This document shows, one piece after another, positions 15,001-23,470 of a stretch of 64,000 nt of DNA (its first letter is position 1; each line of letters begins with the position of its first letter). The translations under genes were made by a program, and so were the position numbers. The notes under the pieces were generated by a model. That model did not search any database. It was given only the letters and a program-made list of their open reading frames with translations, and was not told where the DNA came from. Source of the DNA: Eledone cirrhosa (lineage: Eukaryota); assembly GCA_964016885.1 (NCBI GenBank), contig OZ024742.1:373860001-373924000 (forward strand), read 5' to 3'.

Positions 15001-18000
15001 TAGCCAAGAAATCACATGTCCCCACTATAGCCAAGAAATCTCATGTCTCCACTATAGCCAAGAAATCACATGTCCACACTATAGCCAAGAAATCACATGT
15101 CTCCAGTATAGCCAAGAAATCACATATCCCCACTATAGCCAAGAAATCACATATCTCCACTATAGCCAAGAAATCACATGTCCCCACTATAGCCAAGAAA
15201 TCACATGTCCCCACTATAGCCGAGAAATCACATATCTCCACTATAGCCAAGAAATCACATGTGCCCACTATAGCCAAGAAATCACATATCTCCACTATAG
15301 CCAAGAAATCACATGTTCCCACTATAGCCAATAAATCACATGAGTCCACTATAGCCAAGAAATCACATGTCTCCACTATAGCCAAGAAATCACATGTCCC
15401 CACTATAGCCAAGAAATCACATGTCCACACTATAGCCAAGAAATCACATGTCTCCACTATAGCCAAGAAATCACATATCTCCACTATAGCCAAGAAATCA
15501 CATGTCCCCACTATAGCCAAGAAATCACAGGTCTCCACTATAGCCAAGACCTCACATGTCCCCACTATAGCCAAGAAATCACATGTCTCCACTATAGCCA
15601 AGAAATCACATATCCCCTGTATAGCCAAGAAATCACATATCTCCACTGTAGCCAAGAAATCACATGTCCCCACTATAGCCAAGAAATCACATATCTCCAC
15701 TATAGCCAAGAAATCACATGTCCCCACTATAGCCAAGAAATCACATGTCTCCACTATAGCCAAGAAATCACAGGTCTCCAGTATAGCCAAGAAATCACAT
15801 GTCCCCACTATAGCCAAGAGATCACATATCTCCACTATAGCCAAGAAATCACATGTCTCCACTATAGCCAAGAAATCACATATCTCCACTATAGCCAAGA
15901 AATCACATGTCCCCACTATAGCCAAGAAATCTCATGTCTCCACTATAGCCAAGAAATCACATGTCCCCACTATAGCCAAGAAATCACATGTCTCCACTAT
16001 AGCCAAGAAATCACATATCCCCACTATAACCAAGAAATCACATATCTCCACTATAGCCAAGAAATCACATGTCCCCACTATAGCCAAGAAATCACATGTC
16101 CCCACTATAGCCGAGAAATCACATATCTCGACTATAGCCAAGAAATCACATGTCCCCACTATAGCCAAGAAATCACATGTCTCCACTATAGCCAAGAAAT
16201 CACATATCTCCACTATAGCCAATAAATCACATGTCTCCACTATAGCCAAGAAATCACATATCTCCACTATAGCCACAAAATCACATGTCCCCACTATAGG
16301 CAAGACATCACATGTCCCCACTATAGCCAATAAATCACATGTCCCCACTATAGCTAAGAAATCACATGTCTCCACTATAGCCAAGAAATCACATGTCCCC
16401 ACTATAGCCAAGAAATCACATGTCCCCACTATAGGCAAGACATCACATGTCCCCACTATAGCCAAGAAATCACATGTCCCCACTATAGCTAAGAAATCAC
16501 ATGTCTCCACTATAGCCAAGAAATCACATGTCCCCACTATATCCAAGAAATCACATATCTCCACTATAGCCAAGAAATCACATGTCCCCACTATAGCCAA
16601 GAAATCACATGTCTATACTATAGCCAAGAAATCCAATGTCCCCACTATAGCCAAGAAATCTCATGTCTCCACTATAGCCAAGAAATCACATGTCCCCACT
16701 ATAGCCAAGAAATCACATGTCCCTACTATAGCCAAGAAATCACATGTCCCCACTATAGCCAAGAAATCTCATGTCTCCACTATAGCCAAGAAATCACATG
16801 TCCCCACTATAGCCAAGAAATCACATGTCTCCACTATAGCCAAGAAATCACATATCCCCACTATAGCCAAGAAATCACATATCTCCACTATAGCCAAGAA
16901 ATCACATGTCCCCACTATAGCCAAGAAATCACATGTCCCCACTATAGCCGAGAAATCACATATCTCCACTATAGCCAAGAAATCACATGTGCCCACTATA
17001 GCCAAGAAATCACATATCTCCACTATAGCCAAGAAATCACATGTTCCCACTATAGCCAATAAATCACATGAGTCCACTATAGCCAAGAAATCACATGTCT
17101 CCACTATAGCCAAGAAATCACATGTCCCCACTATAGCCAAGAAATCACATGTCCACACTATAGCCAAGAAATCACATGTCTCCACTATAGCCAAGAAATC
17201 ACATATCTCCACTATAGCCAAGAAATCACATGTCCCCACTATAGCCAAGAAATCACAGGTCTCCACTATAGCCATGACCTCACATGTCCCCACTATAGCC
17301 AAGAAATCACATGTCTCCACTATAGCCAAGAAATCACATATCCCCTGTATAGCCAAGAAATCACATATCTCCACTATAGCCAAGAAATCACACGTCCCCA
17401 CTATAGCCAAGAAATCACATGTCCCCACTATAGCCAAGAAATCACATATCTCCACTATAGCCAAGAAATCACATATCTCCACTATAGTCAAGTAATCACA
17501 TGTCCCCACTATAGCCAAGAAATCACATGTCTCCACTATAGCCAAGAAATCACATATCTCCACTATAGCCAAGAAATCACATGTCTCCACTATAGCCAAG
17601 AAATCACATGTCTCCACTATAGCCAAGAAATCACATGTCTCCACTATAGCCAAGAAATCACATGTCCCCACTATAGCCAAGAAATCAGATGTCTCCACTA
17701 TAGCCAAGAAATCACATGTCTCCACTATAGCCAAGAAATCACATGTCTCCACTATAGCCAAGAAATCACATGTTTCCACTATAGCCAAGAAATCACATGT
17801 CCCCACTATAGCCAAGAAATCACATGTCCTCACTATAGCCAGGAAGCCACATGTCCCCACTATAGCGAGGAAGCCACATGTTCCCACTATAGCCAGGAGG
17901 TAACATTTCTCCACTATAGCCAAGAAATCACATGTCCCCACTATAGCCAAGAAATCACATGTTCCCACTATAGCCAGGAGGTAACATATCTCCACTATAG

Positions 18001-18409
18001 CCAGGAAGCCACATGTCTCCACTATAGCCAGGAAGCCACATGTCCCCACTATAGCGAGGAAGCCACATGTTCCCACTATAGCCAAGAAATCACATGTCTC
18101 CACTATAGCCAGGAAGCCACATGTCCCCACTATAGCGAGGAAGCCACATGTTCCCACTATAGCCAAGAAATCACATGTCCCCACTATAGCCAGGAAGCCA
18201 CATGTCCCCACTATAGCGAGGAAGCCACATGTTCCCACTATAGCCAAGAAATCACATGTCCCCTCTATAGCCAGGAAGCCACATGTCCCCACTATAGCGA
18301 GGAAGCCACATGTTCCCACTATAGCCAAGAAATCACATGTCCCCACTATAGCCAAGAAATCACATGTCCCCACTATAGCCAAGAAGTCGAATATCCCCAC
18401 TATAGCCAG
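1..18409. repeat. 27-bp satellite array, consensus CACATGTC(C/T)CCACTATAGCCAAGAAAT, about 680 copies, truncated by the window start
   Basis: The tandem unit is directly visible and translates to a 9-aa period (HVPTIAKKS). Phase is kept throughout. Monomers are more diverged from ~17840 to the end. Confidence 0.98.
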
Positions 18410-18581
18410 AGAAGGCCTATTGTGGTGGTTGGACCCCCTACGAAGGGAGTAAGGGGATGGCCTATCCTGATGGAGTGGTGGGAGATGGTGTTAGGTTGCA
18501 GAGATTTGTGTAGGGTGTATATAGAATATCTCATAGAAACAGTTGTAAATCCCAGCCACAAGCTATCAAGGTTTAATCAGT

Positions 18582-18584
<3 letters not shown>

Positions 18585-18618
<34 letters not shown>

Positions 18619-18852
18619 CTCTCTTTCTCTTTCCCTTCCTCTCTCTCTCACTCTCTCTTTCTCACCCCCTCCTCTCTCTCTCTCACTCCCACCCACCCCC
18701 TCTCTCTCACTCCCCCTCTCTCTCACACTCTTTCTTTTTCACTCCCTCTCTCTCTGTCTCACTCCCTCCTCTCTCTCTCACTCTCTCCTCACCCTCTCTC
18801 CCTTCCTCTCTCTCTCCCCCCTTCTCTCTCTCCATTCGCCCCTCCCCCCTCT

Positions 18853-18854
<2 letters not shown>
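18585..18854. repeat. (TC)n microsatellite and degenerate polypyrimidine tract
   Basis: Pure TC run ~18585-18615, then about 240 bp almost entirely C/T on the + strand. Confidence 0.95.

Positions 18855-18904
<50 letters not shown>
18855..18904. repeat. (AT)n microsatellite, about 25 units
   Basis: Perfect AT run directly abutting the CT tract. Confidence 0.97.
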
Positions 18905-18906
<2 letters not shown>

Positions 18907-19297
18907 AACACAGACTGATGAATAAAAGCTAATCTCTGTAAGATTTATTATCTGTCACACTGTAATATGATACTTTCTAAATATAACACATAGTAGATAT
19001 AGAAAAGTAAGAGTAAGTTACCTGTCATTATGTTTGGTCTGTAACTATGCACCCCCCCCCCCTCTTCTCTCAAAGGTGAAGCATTCACTTTGCTTTTTCT
19101 AATAGTTATAATCTATGTGGCTCACCACACCTGCTTATAGTTTTCTCTACTAACTGGAGCAGTTGTGCCCATTGTTGAATTGATAGTCTGATCATCTGTG
19201 AAGCCACTGGTGTCCACTCAGATCACCTAATTTACACTGATCATCATGTCATCAGCCAATGCTTACTATGAGACAAGCAGGATTGTTCATATCAAGT

Positions 19298-19525
19298 TTA
19301 ACCCTTTGGCATTTTAACTGGCCATATCCGGCTACAATTCTCTCACCTCTTTCTGTTTAAACAAGCTATAACCGGTCACTCATACGGATGTTAAGGTATT
19401 CTTCTCGAAATAAATAATATCAAATCTCATAGATTCAATATTAAGTGAGATAATTATGTGAGGTAAAGCTTTAATATGAAAATACAATAGTAAATATAGA
19501 GTTATGTAAATGCTAGTAGAGATTA
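19298..19525. mobile_element. Probable degenerate non-autonomous DNA transposon (piggyBac-type MITE)
   Basis: Left end TTAA|CCCTTTGGCATTT has the TTAA target plus CCC terminus typical of piggyBac. A decayed complementary arm AAATGCTA lies at ~19508-19515. The right TTAA/GGG end is not intact. Resemblance to an abundant Octopus repeat is from memory only. Confidence 0.5.
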
Positions 19526-19590
19526 TTTTTTGTGTTTGACAAACGGATACATAACAATGTGGCCAGGTGCCATTTTGTAGTTCATGAAAC

Positions 19591-21686
19591 AGAATTTTGT
19601 ATATACCCAATATAGAATTTGTGTATATACCCGATATAGAATTTGTGTATATACCTGATATAGAATTTGTGTATATACCCAATATAGAATTTGTATATAT
19701 ACCTGATATAGAATTTGTGTATATACCTGATATAGAATTTGTGTATATACCCAATATAGAATTTGTATATATACCTGATATAGAATTTGTGTATATACCT
19801 GATATAGAATTTGTGTATATACCCAATATAGAATTTGTATATATACCTGATATAGAATTTGTGTATATACCCGATATAGAATTTGTGTATATACCCGATA
19901 TAGAATTTGTGTATATACCTGATATAGAATTTGTGTATATACCCGATATAGAATTTGTGTATATACCTGATATAGAATTTGTGTATATACCTGATATAGA
20001 ATTTGTGTATATACCTGATATAGAATTTGTGTATATACCCGATATAGAATTTGTGTATATACCCGATATAGAATTTGTGTATATACCTGATATAGAATTT
20101 GTGTATATACCTGATATAGAATTTGTGTATATACCTGATATAGAATTTGTGTATATACCCGATATAGAATTTGTGTATATACCTGATATAGAATTTGTGT
20201 ATATACCCGATATAGAATTTGTGTATATACCCGATATAGAATTTGTGTATATACCTGATATAGAATGTGTGTATATACCTGATATAGAATTTGTGTATAT
20301 ACCTGATATAGAATTTGTGTATATACCCGATATAGAATTTGTGTATATACCTGATATAGAATGTGTGTATATACCTGATATAGAATTTGTGTATATACCC
20401 GATATAGAATTTGTGTATATACCCGATATAGAATTTGTGTATATACCCGATATAGAATTTGTGTATATACCCGATATAGAATTTGTGTATATACCCGATA
20501 TAGAATTTGTGTATATACCCGATATAGAATTTGTGTATATACCCAATATAGAATTTGTGTATATACCCGATATAGAATTTGTGTATATACCCGATATAGA
20601 ATTTGTGTATATACCCGATATAGAATTTGTGTATATACCCAATATAGAATTTGTATATATACCTGATATAGAATTTGTGTATATACCCGATATAGAATTT
20701 GTGTATATACCCAATATAGAATTTGCATATATACCTGATATAGAATTTGTGTATATACCCAATATAGAATTTGTATATATACCTGATATAGAATTTGTGT
20801 ATATACCCGATATAGAATTTGTGTATATACCTGATATAGAATTTGTGTATATACCCGATATAGAATTTGTATATATACCTGATATAGAATTTGTGTATAT
20901 ACCTGATATAGAATTTGTGTATATACCTGATATAGAATTTGTGTATATACCTGATATAGAATTTGTGTATATACCTGATATAGAATTTGTGTATATACCT
21001 GATATAGAATTTGTATATATACCTGATATAGAATTTGTGTATATACCTGATATAGAATTTGTGTATATACCTGATATAGAATTTGTGTATATACCCGATA
21101 TAGAATTTGTGTATATACCCGATATAGAATTTGTGTATATACCCAATATAGAATTTGTATATATACCTGATATAGAATTTGTGTATATACCTGATATAGA
21201 ATTTGTGTATATACCCGATATAGAATTTGTGTATATACATGATATAGAATTTGTGTATATACCCGATATAGAATTTGTGTATATACCCAATATAGAATTT
21301 GTATATATACCTGATATAGAATTTGTGTATATACCTGATATAGAATTTGTGTATATACCCGATATAGAATTTGTATATATACCTGATATAGAATGTGTGT
21401 ATATACCCGATATAGAATTTGTATATATACCCGATATAGAATTTGTGTATATACCTGATATAGAATTTGTGTATATACCTGATATAGAATTTGTATATAT
21501 ACCCGATATAGAATTTGTGTATATACCCAATATAGAATTTGTATATATACCTGATATAGAATTTGTGTATATACCTGATATAGAATTTGTGTATATACCT
21601 GATATAGAATTTGTGTATATACATGATATAGAATTTGTGTATATACCTGATATAGAATTTGTGTATATACCTGATATAGAATTTGT
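19591..21686. repeat. 24-bp AT-rich minisatellite, GATATAGAATTTGTGTATATACC(T/C), about 87 copies
   Basis: Directly visible, with an 8-aa period (EFVYIPDI) in translation, few variant sites and sharp boundaries. Confidence 0.98.
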
Positions 21687-21755
21687 TTTTTTTTATCAAA
21701 CCTAGTTTTCTTTTGTTAGAATTGGTGTTGACAGGGAAATAATATTGGTAGTCTT

Positions 21756-21779
21756 TATATATATATATATATATATATA
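21756..21779. repeat. (TA)n microsatellite, left flank of the Penelope-like insertion
   Basis: Perfect TA run of 12 units. Confidence 0.95.
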
Positions 21780-21897
21780 GTAATAATAATAAAATTGAAG
21801 ACTAAAATCCAAAGAGGGCTCGATAAGGAAAATATATATCAAATATATAAGATATATAAGAACCGTAGAGCAAATATTTATTAAAATAACAGATTAA

Positions 21898-21948
21898 AGT
21901 TTAAGCAAAGAATCGCTGCTTTCACCCTTAACGGGATCTTCTGAAACT
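21898..21948 (-). ncRNA. Candidate type I hammerhead ribozyme with variant core
   Basis: Minus strand reads AGUUU-CAGAAGA-U-CCC-GUUAA-GGG-U-GAAA-GCA-GCGAUUCUU-UGC-UU-AAACU. Stems I (5 bp), II (3 bp) and III all pair in the right register. The core differs from CUGANGA at U4 (A). Confidence 0.65.
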
Positions 21949-22038
21949 AACAAAGTCAATCTGTAAACGCAGAACTGGATATTTCAAAAAACGTTGCAAC
22001 CGGAGGAAGACAGGAAGACGATACTTTGGTTCGTGGTA

Positions 22039-22295
22039 ACGTTCGCTGGCAAAGAACAGGAAAAAACGAATAATACGTCATTAATAGGAGCGGTGAAAAA
22101 CAATTACGCGCAAAGACAGAACCACGTTTATGGTATAAAAGAGGTCGTAGACTAATGTTCTCTTAGGTGGTGCATAGAGACGTTCTCTGGCAATGAACGC
22201 AAAAACGAAGATAATAAGTCGTATGTGGAGCGTGGAGAACAATAGCACGCAAAGACAAAACCACGTAAATGGTATAGCAGAAGTCGTAGACTAAA
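22039..22295. repeat. Diverged tandem duplication, period about 140 bp, inside the PLE 3' region
   Basis: ACGTTCGCTGGCAAAGAAC...CGCAAAGACAGAACCACGTTTATGGTATA...GTCGTAGACTAA (22039-22155) versus ACGTTCTCTGGCAATGAAC...CGCAAAGACAAAACCACGTAAATGGTATA...GTCGTAGACTAA (22180-22295). Confidence 0.85.
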
Positions 22296-22856
22296 ATTAA
22301 TCTCCGCTACAGAGTTAAGAACAAAGTAAATAAATACAATACAGAAGTAATAGGAACAAATAAATACATACACGCAAACAGATACGTACATACACAAGCA
22401 TACGCAAAACCTTACCATAGGTATACAAAACCACGCATATATAAATATGTGTATGTGTGTATGCTTGTGTACAAATAAATAAATAATTATATCAATGTAT
22501 ATAAGTAAATAAATACGTATATAACAAGCGCACACGCATACCTACATGTAAATACACGAATGATCGGAGACGTAAGTCAGCTAAAACAAGAAGTACACAT
22601 ATACACACACCCACCATACGTACGAACCTGCACACTCACGCAGACGCAAAACTCCCGTATACACATAGCCAAACCCTAAATACCAGACTATGTAAAAATT
22701 ATACGCCATAACAGTCAAATATACGTACGAGAAAGTATACATACCTTCACAAAACATACGGGTAATATATACTTACATATGCAAATAAGTAAAGGAATAA
22801 ACAAACATATACTTAGCTCCCACATCAAGACGTAAAATATCCACGTATAGATCGTG

Positions 22857-23186
22857 CTATCCGTTAGGGTATAACGTGGGGCTGTAATACAGGAAAGTTT
22901 TGTGCAATTTATGTTTACAAGCCGAAATTGCCTCAGATTTTTTGTTTAAGATGTGGTCTGTGGCGTAGAGTATTTCCAGGGCCTCAGCGGCACAGAGGTC
23001 ACATGGTCTTTTATTTCTGTTATACGATCTAGCCCTAGCTAGGATCTCCCAGTGTAACTTATATTGGGTGTGGTTATCTTTTAGACTCCAGATATAAGCT
23101 GAAAGTGACGTCATATTCCTTCTTAGAGGGTAGCGAAAAGAATGGGTATGCATGTAAAGACGCTGCTTGAAACTATTGGCGGTTAA
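22857..23186 (-). pseudogene. C-terminal part of a PLE-type GIY-YIG endonuclease; RT and GIY/YIG motifs missing
   Basis: The frame extends upstream of the tracked Met: LTANSFKQRLYMHTHSF...TSLSAYIWSLKD...WEILARARSY...CDLCAAE...LNKKSE...CKH. This fits the pattern that follows YIG in PLE endonucleases (T..FK.R...H, conserved E, LN, Cys/His residues). Recognised by eye, no HMM run. Confidence 0.82.
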
Positions 23187-23204
23187 TATATATATATATA
23201 TATA
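23186..23204. repeat. (TA)n microsatellite, right flank of the Penelope-like insertion
   Basis: Perfect AT run starting where the endonuclease similarity ends. Confidence 0.93.
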
Positions 23205-23257
23205 AGTGCAAGTATATCATCTAAAAATATGGAGGGGACAGTCAATGATATTGGCCC

Positions 23258-23470
23258 CATCATCATCATCATCATCATCACCACCACCAGCCCCACACAT
23301 TTTCCACATTTGCAGGGGTTAGACTGTCATGTTATGAGACAAGTCCAGAGACCACATCTTGATAATAGAGATCTGATCTGTATTTTGGCTTGGTTTCTGT
23401 GTCTAGAAGCCCTTCTTTACACCAACCATGTTACAGTGTGGACTGGGGGCTTTTTATCGTGGCATTAACA
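23258..23470 (-). mobile_element. Diverged SINE-like remnant (3' half) with (ATG)n tail
   Basis: (CAT)7(CAC)3 at 23258-23287 reads as a simple-repeat tail on the minus strand. Minus-strand GGTTGGTGTAAAGAAGGGCTTCTAGACACAGAAACC (23393-23427) resembles the conserved SINE body motif GGTTGGCG..AGGAAGGGCATCC.GCCGTA.AA as I recall it. No Pol III A/B-box head is visible. Confidence 0.62.

Larger units (their letters stand above)
21780..23186 (-). mobile_element. 5'-truncated Penelope-like retroelement (PLE): endonuclease C-terminus plus about 1.1 kb of 3' region
   Basis: GIY-YIG-type ORF tail at 22857-23186, a hammerhead-like fold at 21898-21948 on the same strand, and (TA)n tracts on both sides. 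Confidence 0.8.

Noticed and set aside
515-18400. Minus-strand AIVGTCDFL-repeat ORFs
   Set aside because: Antisense reading of the satellite, broken by recurrent TGA/TAG variants, mostly with non-ATG starts.
18916-18945. CTGATGA hammerhead or C/D box-like motif
   Set aside because: No stem II followed by GAAA, and no supporting stems.
19005-19080. Splice-like signals (GTAAGT, minus-strand CAGGTAA, pyrimidine tract before AAAG)
   Set aside because: I could not define a consistent exon with a credible reading frame; RNA-seq would be needed.
19380-21705. Four overlapping 400-716 aa ORFs
   Set aside because: All are frames of the same 24-bp unit, with no unique domain.
22152-22535. 127-aa hydrophobic ORF
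   Set aside because: Derived from TG/TA-rich low-complexity sequence in the PLE 3' region; no recognisable motif.
22864-22869. TTAGGG telomeric hexamer
   Set aside because: Single copy inside the ORF tail; no telomeric array.
23229-23468. 79-aa ORF with a poly-Ile stretch
   Set aside because: Poly-Ile is the (CAT)n tail, and the ORF is antisense to the SINE-like remnant.
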